A DNA stretch of 63,698 nucleotides, filler included, from Nemertoderma westbladi (GCA_032718475.1; 3 parts of 3 records of this genome joined end to end with filler, not necessarily neighbours in it), one strand, 5' to 3'. Counted from the whole stretch's first letter, positions 27,501-40,741 are shown. Made by a program: numbers and translations. The notes: generated by a model from the sequence alone, not told the origin.

Positions 27501-27880
27501 CACTAAATCAAATCATTTGGATTCTGCAAATCCATAAATGGTTGCTAATAAATGGTTAACGGAAGGCATTTTAAGAGGTCAAGCCACGGGGTGAGAATAT
27601 AGATCAGTCCAAAACTAAGGGAATATAAAGGGCAATGAAGTAAGTAGGTACCCACAACTAAGAGAAGAGAATGAGTAATGAATAGTTTTGGTGCGAAAAC
27701 TACCAATCAGCTGACTACTGATACTGATTACATGCAACTTTGGTCTCCAGTTGCCCGTCAATCTGTTCTTGTTATTTACTTACCTACCGGTGAGTTCTGA
27801 GGATTTTTCTTCACCTGTTTGACAATTAAGTATATTAAATTATTTGCTTTGTTAGAATTTTTACTTTAATTTTTATTCAG

Positions 27881-28102
27881 ATGGGAATCTTTGAGATCGG
27901 AATTAGGAAAGGCGTTCTGAGCGCTCTGAATGAATATAAACAAACCGGAAAACTCCAACAAAAAGTAGAACCAGTCACTCCTCTGGTAGACTTACCACCG
28001 CCAATGGTTCCGTCTGCACCGTTAATAACAATGCCGTCTGCACCGTTGTTGGAGACTAGAGTGAATGCCACCGGTGAATGTGTTGTTTGTCTTGATAGAC
28101 AT
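27881..28102 (+). CDS. LRSAM1: LRSAM1 (Tal) E3 ligase, penultimate exon (SAM end, two PSAP motifs, RING start)
   Basis: TTTTATTCAG acceptor; VPSAP...MPSAP; ECVVCLDRH; donor GTTAGT at 28103; phase 0. Confidence 0.85.
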
Positions 28103-28343
28103 GTTAGTAAGCTTTTAGAACGTAATAATAATGTTTATTTGGCTTAGCGTGGGTGGGTCACATAACAGAACATTTAATGAATTAATTATTAACTAAATAA
28201 TTTATATAATATTTAATTGAATTGCGCATTGGGAGTGGCGTATAACCTGTAAAAATTTATTTAATATTGAGTTAAATCATCACCTTCTTTATCTGTCTGT
28301 ATCGGCCAAATATGGTTACATTTATAGAGTTTACTAGGTAAAA

Positions 28344-31300
28344 GTGCAACCACCGGAGGCAACTGCATCGGTGAACGTGTGCAACCACCGGAGGCAACCA
28401 GATATGTCAACGTGTGTAACCACCGGAGGCAACCCGATCGGTGAACGTGTGTAACCACCGGAGGCAACCCAATCGGTGAACGTGTGCAACCACCGGAGGC
28501 AACCCGATCGGTGAACGTGTGCAACCACCGGAGGCAACCCGATCGGTGAACGTGTGCAACCACCGGAGGCAATCCGATCGGTGAACGCGTGCAACCACCG
28601 GAGGCAACCCGATAGGTGAACGTGTGCAACCACCGGAGGCAACCCGATCGGTGAACGTGTGCAACCACCGGAGGCAACTCCATCGGTGAACGTGTGCAAC
28701 CACCGGAGGCAACCCGATCGCTGAACGTGTGCAACCACCGGAGGCAACCCGATAGGTGAACGGTTGCAACAACCGGAGGCAACCCGATCGGTGAACGTGT
28801 GCAACCACCGGAGGCAACCCGATCGGTGAACGTGTGCAACCACCGGAGGCAACCCGATAGGTGAACGTGTGCAACCACCGGAGGCAACCCGATCGGCGAA
28901 CGAGTGCAACCACCGGAGGCAACCCGATAGGTGAACGCGTGCAAACACCGGAGGCAACCCCATCGGTGAACGTGTTCAATCACCGGAGGCAACTCCATCG
29001 GTGAACGTGTGCGTGCAACCACCGGAGGCAATCCGATATGTGAACGTGTGCAGCCACCGGAGGCAACCCGATCGGTGAACGTGTGCAACCACCAGAGGCA
29101 ACCCGATCGGTGAACGTGTGCAACCACCAGAGGCAACCCGATCGGTGAACGCGTGCAACCACCGGAGGCAACCCGATCGGTGAACGCGTGCAACCACCGG
29201 AGGCAACTCCATCGGTGAACGTGTGCAACCACCGGAGGCAACCCGATCTGTGAACGTGTGCAACCACCGGAGGCAACCCAATCGGTGAACGTGTGCAACC
29301 ACCGGAGGCAACCCGATGGGTGAACGTGTGCAACCACCGGAGGCAACCCGATCGGTGAACGTGTGCAACCACCGGAGGCAACCCGATCGCTGAACGTGTG
29401 TAACCACCAGAGGCAACCCGATCGGTGAACGTGTGCAACCACCAGAGGCAACCCGATAGGTGAACGTGTGCAACCACCGGAGGCAACCCGATCGGTGAAC
29501 GTGTGCAACCACCGGAGGCAACCCGATCGGTGAACGTGTGCAACCACCGGAGGCAACCCGATCGCTGAACGTGTGCAACCACCAGAGACAACCCGATCGG
29601 TGAACGCGTGCAACCACCGGAGGCAACTCCATCGGTGAACGTGTGCAACCACCGGAGGCAACTCCATCGGTGAACGTATGCAACCACCGGAGGCAACCCG
29701 ATCGGTGAACGTGTGCAACCACCGGAGGCAATCCGTTCGGTGAACGCGTGCAACCACCGGAGGCAACCCGATCGGTGAACGTGTGCAACCACCGGAGGCA
29801 ACCCGATAGGTGAACGTGTGCAACCACCGGAGGCAACCCGATCGGTGAACGTGTGCAACCACCAGAGGCAACCCGATCGGTGAACGTTTGCAACCACCAG
29901 AGGCAACCAGATCGGTGAACGTGTGCAACCACCGGAGGCAACCCGATCGGTGAACGCGTGCAACCACCGGAGGCAACTCCATCGGTGAACGTGTGCAACC
30001 ACCGGAGGCAACCCGATAGGTGAACGTGTGCAACAACCGGAGGCAACCCGATCGGTGAACGTATGCAACCACCGGAGGCAACCCGATCGGTGAACGTGTG
30101 CAACCACCAGAGGCAACCCGATCGGTGAACGCGTGCAACCACCGGAGGCAACCCGATCGCTGAATGTGTGCAACCACCGGAGGTAACCCGATCGCTGAAC
30201 GTGTGCAACAACCGGAGGCAACCCGATAGGTGAACGTGTGCAACAACCGGGGGCAACCCCATCGGTGAACGTGTGAAACCACCGGAGGCAACCCGATAGG
30301 TGAACGTGTGCAACCACCGGAGGCAACCCGATCGGTGAACGTGTGCAACCACCGGAGGCAACCCGATCGGTGAACGTGTGAAACCACCGGAGGCAACCCG
30401 ATAGGTGAACGTGTGCAACCACCGGAGGCAACCCGATCGGTGAACGTGTGCAACCACCGGAGGCAACCCGATAGGTGAACGCGTGCAACCACCGGAGGCA
30501 ACCCGATAGGTGAACGCGTGCAACCACCGGAGGCAACCCGATCGGTGAACGTGTGCAACCACCGGAGTCAACCCGATCGCTGAACGTGTGCAACCAACGG
30601 AGGCAACTGCATCGGTGAACGTGTGCAACCACCGGAGTCAACCCGATCGCTGAACGTGTGCAACCACCGGAGGCAACCCGATAGGTGAACGTGTGCAACA
30701 ACCGGGGGCAACCCGATCGGTGATCGTGTGCAACCACCGGAGGCAACCCGATAGGTGAACGCGTGCAACCACCGGAGGCAACCCGATCGGTGAACGTGTG
30801 CAACCACCGGAGTCAACCCGATCGCTGAACGTGTGCAACCACCGGAGGCAACCCGATAGGTGAACGGTTGCAACAACCGGAGGCAACCCGATCGGTGAAC
30901 GTGTGCAACCACCGGAGGCAACCCGATCGGTGAACGTGTGCAACCACCGGAGGCAACCCGATAGGTGAACGTGTGCAACCGCCGGAGGCAACCCGATCGG
31001 CGAACGAGTGCAACCACCGGAGGCAACCCGATAGGTGAACGCGTGCAAACACCGGAGGCAACCCCATCGGTGAACGTGTTCAATCACCGGAGGCAACTCC
31101 ATCGGTGAACGTGTGCGTGCAACCACCGGAGGCAATCCGATATGTGAACGTGTGCAGCCACCGGAGGCAACCCGATCGGTGAACGTGTGTAACCACCAGA
31201 GGCAACCCGATCGGTGAACGTGTGCAACCACCAGAGGCAACCCGATCGGTGAGCGTGTGCAACCACCGGAGGCAACCCGATCGGTGAACGCGTGCAACCA

Positions 31301-32868
31301 CCGGAGGCAACTCCATCGGTGAACGTGTGCAACCACCGGAGGCAACCCGATCGGTGAACGTGTGCAACCACCGGAGGCAACCCAATCGGTGAACGCGTGC
31401 AACCACCGGAGGCAAACCCATCGGTGAACGTGTGCAACCACCGGAGGCAACCCGATCGGTGAACGCGTGCAACCACCGGAGGCAACTCCATCGGAGAACG
31501 TGTGCAACCACCGGAGGCAACCCGATCGGTGAACGTGTGCAACCACCGGAGGCAACCCGATCGGTGAACGCGTGCAACCACCGGAGGTAACCCGATCGGT
31601 GAACGTGTGCAACCACCGGAGGCAACCCGATAGGTGAACGTGTGCCACCACCGGAGGCAACCCGATCGGTGAACGTGTGCAGCAACCGGAGGCAACCCAA
31701 TCGATGAACGTGTGCAACCACCGGAGGCAACCCGATCGGTGAACGTGTGCAACCACCGGAGGCAACCCGATCGCTTAACGTGTTCAACCACCGGAGGCAA
31801 CCCGATCGGCGAACGAGTGCAACCACCGGAGGCAACCCGATAGGTGAACGCGTGCAACCACCGGAGGCAACCCGATCGCTGAACGTGCGCAACAACCGGA
31901 GGCAACCCGATAGGTGAACGTGTGCAACAACCGGAGGCAACCCGATCGGTGAACGTGTGCAACCACCGGAGGCAACTCCATCGGTGAACGTGTGCAACCA
32001 CCGGAGGCAACCCGATCGCTGAACGTGTGCAACCACCGGAGGCAACCCGATAGGTGAACGTGTGCAACAACCGGAGGCAACCCGATCGGTGAACGTGTGC
32101 AACCACCGGAGGCAACCCGATCGGTGAACGTGTGCAACCACCGGAGGCAACCCGATAGGTGAACGTGTGTAACCACCGGAGGCAACCCGATCGGCGAACG
32201 AGTGCAACCAAACCACCGGAGGCAACCCGATAGGTGAACGCGTGCAAACACCGGAGGCAACCCCATCGGTGAACGTGTGCAATCACCGGAGGCAGCCCCA
32301 TCGGTGAACGTGTGCAATCACCGGAGGCAACTCCATCGGTGAACGTGTGCGTGCAACCACCGGAGGCAACCCGATAGGTGAACGTGTGCAACCACCGGAG
32401 GCAACCCGATCGGCGAACGAGTGCAACCACCGGAGGCAACCCGATAGGTGAACGCGTGCAACCACCGGAGGCAACCCCATCGGTGAACGTGTGCAATCAC
32501 CGGAGACAACTCCATCGGTGAACGTGTGCGTGCAACCACCGGAGGCAACCCGATAGGTGAACGTGTGAAACCACCGAAGACAACTCCATCGGTGAACGTG
32601 TGCAACCACCGGAGGCAACCCGATCGGCGAACGAGTGCAACCACCGGAGGCAACCCCATCGGTGAACGTGTGAAACCACCGGAGGCAACCCGATCGGCGA
32701 ACGAGTGCAACCACCGGAGGCAACCCCATCGGTGAACGTGTGAAACCACCGGAGGCAACCCGATCGGCGAACGAGTGCAACCACCGCAGGCAACCCCATC
32801 GGTGAACGTGTGAAACCACCGGAGGCAATCCGATCGGTGAACGTGTGCAACCAGCGGAGGCAACCCGA
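28344..32868. repeat. 35-bp GC-rich minisatellite (~129 units) in the last LRSAM1 intron
   Basis: Unit CAACCACCGGAGGCAACCCGATCGGTGAACGTGTG. Confidence 0.98.
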
Positions 32869-32890
32869 AAGCTTCTATGTTCCTTTTTTT

Positions 32891-32953
32891 GGGTTGGAAC
32901 CCACGACCTTTCGGTTGGAAGACTAGCGGCTCTAACCATTAGATGCAAGAGGT
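32891..32953 (-). ncRNA. Degenerate tRNA-like (SINE-head) sequence abutting the 35-bp array
   Basis: Minus strand ACCTCTTGCATCTAATGGTTAGAGCCGCTAGTCTTCCAACCGAAAGGTCGTGGGTTCCAACCC: A-box-like, CTTCCAA loop, imperfect B box; no acceptor stem. Confidence 0.55.
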
Positions 32954-34209
32954 AGTTCATGAGGTCGACACCCATCAATTTCTAAAAGTGGCAACGTGAC
33001 AGCCTTGACCCTGAAATTGACTGGGATGAATAACTCTTAATGTAACACCTGACCGCCGGCCGTTAACTCGATTGTACAAGTTTATGAGTGTCAGTTTTAT
33101 AGTATATGTTTTATTTAACCTGCCTTTTTCATCCTTACAAGTTTAAATTGAAGCGTACTGCATACCAACTAACGTAGGAATATATATGTACAACATTGTG
33201 AGTTATAACCAATTTGTTTAATCTATGCTAATGCTGGATCACTTTCCGCGGCACTAATGATCCCCGGCACTCCGTAGATTATTAGATGTGCCCACGGGAT
33301 ATGCCTTGTGCTTGTTACACCAACGTATGACAAACCCTTGAAGTTAGTGAGTGAAAATAAAGCCACACGGGTCAGAAAACTGTAAAGTGCTTTACAACCA
33401 CTGTAGTTTTATTCAAAAATTGCATCATTGCAAAATATTTCTGATTAAACTTTTAAAAAAAGTGTAAGTTTTTTGTTGTTAATTCTGAAATTTTCAATTT
33501 TGTTAACCGTTATGTTGGGTGTTGAGGATCGTTCACCGCAGATTGATAAATTTTATTTCACTGTATGGCCATTTCACCCGTCTGATTTTTACAATCCAAA
33601 CAAATTTTCAAAGGGAATTTAAAATAGGGAGCGCATCAATGTGAAAATCCTTTGAACGCAAATCTGAAAAATGTAAACAAAATGTTTTTCTTATTATACA
33701 ATTGACACTCTACTTAATGAACAGCTGCTGTATATGAGGTTTCCCGTCCAGTTATAGTGGGCTACATAAAAACGATCTATTAATACAAATAAATGACTAT
33801 ATATATGACTATAAGTTTCTATATCTAGCAATTTGTGAATGTAATATTATTATTAAGTAGTATTATTAAGTAGTAATATTATTATCTGCCCCCTAATAAT
33901 AATTTTATTATGCGGTTTGGGATACACCAAAGCTTCGCCGCGTGCAATCTTACCCTAGAGAACCTCCTCCCGAAAAATAATTACAATTATCTTACAAATT
34001 GTCTAGCTGATCATGAAACTAAACCTGGGCTATTGACTTTCGTTTATTGTTTTGGTTAGAGTCACGTACCACCGTAACCCTCACCTTTCCCTAAATTTAT
34101 AAATTTAACATTGAGACGAATTATTAATTCGTGTACAGTCCCCCCCAACCCCCTCTTCAAGGCTTTCGATTTTTCTTCCGCCCACACATGTATAAGTTTC
34201 TTTCGTGGC

Positions 34210-34400
34210 CTTTGTGTTCCCCAATGAGATAATTGCTGCGATCAAATCACTGTATGATGGTCCCACAACGTTATTCCCTACAACTAGATGATACAGAACA
34301 ATGTGAAGTGTCATGGGGTGTGATTCGGCTTGACTCTCTGGTGGCAATTTTCCTCTTCATGATGGTGATGGTGGACTATGTGCTTGTGGTATCTATCTGG
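34210..34400 (+). mobile_element. Degenerate RTE RT fragment
   Basis: Visibly similar to 62440-62620 (GATAATTGCTGCGATCAAATCACTGTATGATGG vs AATTATTGCAGCAATCAGATCAGTATACGATGG). Confidence 0.6.
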
Positions 34401-34705
34401 CGAAGATTGCGGGTGAAGATTGCTCCCAACATAATGTGATTACAATTATTTGTGATTGTGATTACGATTATTTGTGATTGTAATTACGATTATTTATTAC
34501 GCCCTGGACTGTTATGACTGCGTTCCTGGTCCCATTGCACAGACACTGACATGTAGAATGCGGCCCTGGTGCTGGTATGATCGTAGCTGGTTGCTGATGA
34601 CTTGCAGTTCTGCTACACGAATGCCCCAGAGATGTTACTACTGTACCTTATTTTTTATTATACATATTATAATTGTACTTATTAGATGTATTATTTTATT
34701 CACAG

Positions 34706-34834
34706 AGTGGCGTCGTGTTTCTCAACTGTGGACATGTATGTTGTTGCTCCCAATGCAGTTATCCTTTATTAGACTGCCCTATGTGTCGTCAACCAATAGT
34801 AAAGCAGATCAAACTGTTTACAACTGGTGTTTGA
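34706..34834 (+). CDS. LRSAM1: LRSAM1 terminal exon, copy 1 (RING C-terminal half)
   Basis: CAG acceptor; SGVVFLNCGHVCCCSQCSYPLLDCPMCRQPIVKQIKLFTTGV*; in phase with the exon at 27881-28102; not in the ORF track. Confidence 0.88.
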   Translation, partial: SGVVFLNCGHVCCCSQCSYPLLDCPMCRQPIVKQIKLFTTGV

Positions 34835-35001
34835 ATTCCCCGTTATCCAATCAGATACCTACCTAATTGATAGCTAATAATTGTGCATAAACTACTACAG
34901 TAAATATTATTTAGAGCTGCTTCTACACTACAAATTCAATTTATGTTATTTTTCATTACTGGGTGCCGCCCCATGACGCAATATAACACGGGGTCTAAGA
35001 G

Positions 35002-35220
35002 GGGTCAGAGTAAAACGCGGATCCGGATTCTACATTTAACATTGTCCCTACTGAAGTCGATTTTTTTTACATTTTTATAACTCTCAAAAATAAAACTATA
35101 ACCTGTTCTATTGACTTTAATTTATTGTTTTGGTTAAAATAACGTGCCACTGTAACCTGCTCCTTTCCCTTAATTGATAATTTTGGAATCCGGATCCGGA
35201 TCCGCGTTTTACACCTACCC
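35002..35220. mobile_element. MITE with 9-bp TSD (Mutator-like)
   Basis: TIRs GGGTCAGAGTAAAACGCGGATCCGGAT / ATCCGGATCCGCGTTTTACACCTACCC; TSD GTCTAAGAG at 34993-35001 and 35221-35229. Confidence 0.85.
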
Positions 35221-36597
35221 GTCTAAGAGATCACAACGTTTACTGTGGCTGTTATTTTTATTTATAAGTATATTTCTTATAGTTATTTTCATCTGTATTG
35301 GCATCATAATCAGGTTGCAATGTTTAATGTTCGACACTATTTAGATCGTAATATTTCGAAGACCACTTTTATTTGGGACTATTATTCGCTATCATAGCAA
35401 CCAATAGCATCTCGCTAATTAATTATTGCATTTCGTGTATTTTAACCAACCAGTCACGAAAGTCTCAATATAAATCTTGGATTTCATTATGAAGCCAAAT
35501 AATTAAACTCCAGTTGCCATAGCATCCGCCACCTCTACACCCACCATGTATGTGAGTTATTTTTTAGCTGAATGAGTTCCTCAGATTGGTTTTTCCTTGA
35601 GTGGGTATGTTATAATATATTAGGACAGATTCATCAATGGTTTAGTTAATTGGTTAATTAGTTAAATGTTGTAAATATTAATTCTAATTTTTATTTAATT
35701 TATTATAATTCACTTCTGTCACATTTATCTAATTAAATTTTGGTTCTCTCATCTAAATTTTCCGAATTTTTCCATCTCGGTTTTGGGAAAAGAAATTGTT
35801 CCATCATCTTCATGAAGAATTAATTATCGGTTATTGGAACAGAGTCTTTATTGATTGCTGAAACATCAGTTTCAATCGATTCAAAACTCGGTTCCTTTGG
35901 GAGTAGAATTTATAGTATTTATTTTTTTAGCCTCTAATCTCGCACTTTTCAAAATTTAAAAACCAATCGTTTTCAAATCCGAGTGTAATGGGAGAATGAA
36001 TGACAAATGCTAACAGCCTATTTAATAATAGCATCAGTACAATAACATCAGCCCAAAATAAACTACAAGGACTTTTTTAACATGGATTTTAATTTAACAT
36101 TTGCTGAGTGGGGGAGGCTGGGGGCATTGTATTGAGAAATTACCGTTATTAAAGTGTGATGTTAATGTTCCATATGAATATATATGTTAGGAAATTTCGT
36201 GCAATAAATCCTGAAAGGCGCAGCCTACCCAACGACAAAGGGTTAATTATGTTTGAATTAAGTTTTTTGTTTTTAATAAGTATGTTTTTTTATACGACCA
36301 GAGATCATTTCTGCATGAATTTTAACATTTGATATGTCCGACAGTAGTTTATATCAATAATGGTTATGTGGTGGAATGGTCGACATGTTGGATGAACCCA
36401 ACAATACAAAAAATATATACATTTATTGATATATATTGAGATAGATATATATATGTATTATTCATGATTTATAATTTATATTATTTTAGCTATGTATCAA
36501 TTATTAATTGATGCCATATAGTTTTTTTCTATAGTTTCTGGTCTACATATTGAAGGCGACGTCAGTAATACAGTTCTGTAACATCAGTTAGTTCCAT

Positions 36598-36933
36598 CTA
36601 GCGCTCGCCTTCCTCTTCCAGTAACTCGCTGTCTGCTATCAGATCGTAAATAACCAAGTAATTACAGTTGTCGGTATCGCAACATCTTGCGGTGCAATTC
36701 TCGAAGTACGGTGACTCATTCACCACCTCGCATATCGCCCTGGTGGTCTCCTCACAGACCTCAGTGACCGCGCAGTAATTAGCCTCGACCTCATATCCGT
36801 CGGAGACCATCTCCGCGACGACGCAATGCTCGCATCCGTGCATTTTCTCTCCGTGCTCGAAACAGCTTAAACCCTCGCCGATGTCGGTCATTGCAACAAC
36901 AAGAAGCGCAATAACAAAATACCGTAAACCCAT
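36598..36933 (-). CDS. Secreted Ly6/uPAR (three-finger)-like protein, copy 1
   Basis: Hydrophobic signal peptide; predicted mature start LSC; 10 Cys; CCDTDNCN motif; acidic tail; intronless; GC-richer than flanks. Confidence 0.8.
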   Translation of the reverse strand: MGLRYFVIALLVVAMTDIGEGLSCFEHGEKMHGCEHCVVAEMVSDGYEVEANYCAVTEVCEETTRAICEVVNESPYFENCTARCCDTDNCNYLVIYDLIADSELLEEEGER

Positions 36934-37077
36934 ATTAATTATGGAGTATTATTTTTATGCACGTATGAAATATAAGTTATTCTATAAATGTATTCTTAAA
37001 TCTAACAATAATAATTCACCCACGACAAAGTTTTAAAGTTATATGTAGGCTGTCAGAAACATTGATAGCACTCAAAG

Positions 37078-37860
37078 AACTACTACTACTAATGGCATGC
37101 TGCATTGCAGCTGCATCATATATTAAGAATACTGTGACAGCTTGTCGACAAAAGCACCGCCACAACTCTATAGCACCCATGACATTTTGCTAGATCATCC
37201 GCATATTCAAGGCCAGTGTTCTTTAAGAGGCGTCAATCATGCCTATTCATTCCACGAGGACGCCAAAGTACAAGATTATGTACTGGCTGGTACTCACGGC
37301 GAAAGCAATGTCCTGCAAACCAGAGGCGTCTCTGTTCAAGTCTCAAGCTAGGATAGAGTAATGATGTTATATACCTTCAATGTTGTATAGTGTCTGATTG
37401 GAAATGTGTGCATTGTACTTGAGACAGTGAACTCGACGTAGCATTTTTGTGAATGTGCCATCCAGAGACTTGGTGTCCTCAGTAATTGGAGCCCAGTATG
37501 GACTCCCATAGAGGAGTACTGGAACTACTGCTGCTCAAAATAATCGAAACCTTGAGATTCCGTTTTATTATATGGGACTTCCAAATCCTTGACAGATTAT
37601 TCAATGCTGCCCATGCCTACCTCTTAGGTATTCGAAGGTCTTCACCTAACTTCGGACCCATGATGTAAGGCAGCAGAAGTCCACATGCTCCAGCACACCA
37701 TCCTTAGAGGTTATGCTCATACGTTCCAACATTTCCGGATGACTGTCAAAATAATGGTCTTCTTGGAGTTAATAAATAGACCAACACTGGTAGTTGTTCT
37801 AATGACCTGAGGAGCATTTGGTCTCCCTATAGAGATTCTGAACAGATCACGGAGAACAGA
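37078..37860 (-). mobile_element. Degenerate RTE LINE 3' part with (TAG)n tail
   Basis: Reverse complement matches 62700-63530, including TGCAGCTGCAATGCAGCATGCC and the TAGTAGTAG tail; duplicated at ~43060-43840. Confidence 0.8.
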
Positions 37861-38199
37861 GCATGGTGAGTATTTAATATTCTGTCAAGAGGATTGAAAT
37901 CGCGTGGGATCAAACCTCCCCTGAGGTAAGTTTATACCGGGCTCGAACTGCAGAAGGCACCAGATCCCTTGATAGTACCGGGATACTGCGCCTCGGTTCA
38001 TGGTGTAATATATAATGGTCAGGTAATGACGGGGAATTGCAAAAACCCAGCATGCCGGCCAATGTTACCTAACTAACTATAGCATAACTAACGATCAGTC
38101 TGTGCATGATCTTGTTCTGTGGAAGCCAGCCTGTGAGGGGAAATATTGTGATAAGCCATTGCAACCTTGACTGCCCTCAAGAAATGTCTGCTAGCATAA

Positions 38200-38640
38200 G
38201 CTCCAGGAGGGATGGATGGCTTGTTTGAGCATGTGGATGACTTCTGCTACAGTACTTGGGATCATTGATCCGAAAGTCAGCTGAAGACCTTTGCTTACAT
38301 AAGGGGAAGGCATGGGCAGCATTGAATAGCCTATCCAGGATTTAGGAGTCCCATAGAATAAAACGAAATTTCAAGGTTCGATTATTTAGGGGAGCAGTAA
38401 GTTTGTGTACAATGTATGTGCAATGTACACATCTCCAATCAGACTCTATTGGAGGTGTTTCATCCGCTTTGCAGGACACATTGAATTCGCCGTGTGGATC
38501 AGCCAGTGCTCAGTGCATAATCTTGTGCTTTGGCGGCCTCGTGGAGTGAATAAGCATGATGAATAGCCCATGACTTTCTTGAGAGGTCCAGTAACGGACA
38601 CCGGCCTTGAAGATGCGGATGATCTAATTGATGATTGACG
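38200..38640 (+). mobile_element. Degenerate RTE LINE fragment, inverted relative to 37078-37860
   Basis: Matches 62885-63425 (GAGCATGTGGATGACTTCTG...GATGCGGATGATCTA); duplicated at ~44180-44620. Confidence 0.8.
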
Positions 38641-38759
38641 TGAAGTTACCGCGATTTCACAACATTTTAATCTGAACGTAAAAATGACGTGGAATTTTTC
38701 ACCTCATATTTTCACGTTATATTTTAACCAAAACACTTTAAAAGTTACTCTAGCGGCCC

Positions 38760-38880
38760 TTTGGTTCCGTTTGGGTCTTTTCGAATGTGGTGTATGTTGG
38801 TTTCAATTCACATTCTTCCATTAGGTCCAAGAGTAAGCGCCCGTTTCTATTCAAACTGGTGTTCTAGGTGTAACACTTGA
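38760..38880 (-). mobile_element. LINE APE-endonuclease fragment
   Basis: Minus-strand translation LNRNGRLLLDLMEECELKPTYTTFEK. Confidence 0.5.
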
Positions 38881-39767
38881 TATGCGTGATGCTTAGGCTT
38901 GTTACAATCGTCCATCCATTTCCAATGTCACTACTTGATGATAGTGTCTTCCTGACAAATCCGATGTTCTTGTATCTATATAAAAATATATGATGTCGAT
39001 GTTATATTTTGCCTGTTTGTTAGAAATTGTAGCGAAGATTCAAGGGACAAAGTGCAATTGAAGGGGCCCAATAGGCCGAAAAGGTAGTATACAGTGTTGG
39101 TTCAACCCCCACTGTCATCCTTCCATGTTTGTGTCACTTCAGAACAACAGCCCTGTTATATTATTTATTACTTGAATGCGAGGCACATTCAAATCGCTAA
39201 ACTAGTAAAGGAGCTTACTTGTCATCTTGCTACAGTTTATGGACCCTAACTGTGACATGGCCAATGACAATAGCGACTTATCGAGTTGCGCCATGGTTAT
39301 GTTTCTGCATACATTTATTACATTTAGCCATTTAGGAATGTTGATTGTGACGTTTGATGTTGGTTGATTCATGAATAATTTCAAAGATAACTAATAATAG
39401 TGAGAGCTATTGGAAGAGTGCCGATAGTTGAACTACAGTCACTACTGTCTAGTTTTAATTCTCCTAGAGCGACTATAACTGTCTTTTTCAAGGTGGCTGA
39501 TCACGATACAACTCGTTAAAAATCATTCGTAGTAACGCAACTATCATTTTTGGTGCTTATTGTCTGGTGGGACGAAAAAAACAAGTAGCATAAACTTCCA
39601 AACGGCAAAAATAGAATTTGGTTGGATAATACGAAATTTTTGAGTGCCTTATTCGTGATCAGCATCCCAGAAAACCCGTAATGGCATTAAATCAGGTTGA
39701 CTATCAAATTTGTACTACTTGTAATTTTCGTGCCGCACATTGACACGTATTCAAAAATGCCAAAAAT

Positions 39768-40355
39768 GCCACCGGAGGCAACCCGATAGGTGAACATGTG
39801 CAACCACCGGAGGCAACCCGATCGGCGAACGAGTGCAACCACCGGAGGCAACCCGATAGGTGAACGCGTGCAACCACCGGAGGCAACCCCATCGGTGAAC
39901 GTGTGCAATCACCGGAGGCAACTCCATCGGTGTACGTGTGCGTGCAACCACCGGAGGCAACCCGATAGGTGAACGTGTGAAACCACCGGAGGCAACTCCA
40001 TCGGTGAACGTGTGCAACCACCGGAGGCAACCCGATCGGCGAACGAGTGCAACCACCGGAGGCAACCCCATCGGTGAACGTGTGAAACCACCGGAGGCAA
40101 CTCCATCGGTGAACGTGTGCAACCACCGGAGTCAACCCGATCGGCGAACGAGTGCAACCACCGGAGGCAACCCCATCGGTGAACGTGTGAAACCACCGGA
40201 GGCAACCCGATCGGTGAACGTGTGCAACCACCGGAGGCAACCCGATCGGTGAACGTGTGCAACCACCGGAGGCAACCCGATCGCTGAACGTGTGCAACCA
40301 CCGGAGGCAACCCGATCGGTGAACGCGTGAAACCACCGGAGGCAACTCTATCGGT
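39768..40355. repeat. Second block of the 35-bp minisatellite (~17 units)
   Basis: Same unit; variant order matches the right end of the main array (from ~32350). Confidence 0.95.
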
Positions 40356-40741
40356 TTGTCCTCCATCCTCCATTTGTGATTGTGATTACGATTATTTGTG
40401 ATTGTGATTACGATTATTTGTGATTGTGATTACGATTATTTGTGATTGTGATTACGATTATTTGTGATTGTGATTACGATTATTTGTGATTGTGATTACG
40501 ATTATTTGTGATTGTAATTACGATTATTTATTACGCCGTGGACTGTTATGACTGCGGTCCTGGTCCCATTGCACAGACACTGACATGTAGAATGCGGCCC
40601 TGTTGCTGGTATGATCGTCGTAGCTGGTTGCTGATGACTTGCAGTTCTGCTACACGAATGCCCCAGAGATGTTACTACTGTACCTTATTTCTTATTATAC
40701 ATATATAATTGTACTTATTATATGTATTATTTTATTCACAG

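Noticed and set aside
28344-32868. CRISPR array (35-bp partly palindromic unit)
   Set aside because: Units are head-to-tail with no unique spacers, there are no cas genes, and the context is a eukaryotic intron
28261-32978. Many long minus-strand ORFs (up to 765 aa)
   Set aside because: All three frames give the same 35-aa permuted repeat because the 35-bp unit lacks stops; satellite artefact
34474-34866. 130-aa ORF (and 40508-40902)
   Set aside because: Wrong frame; the real coding part is the LRSAM1 RING exon in another frame
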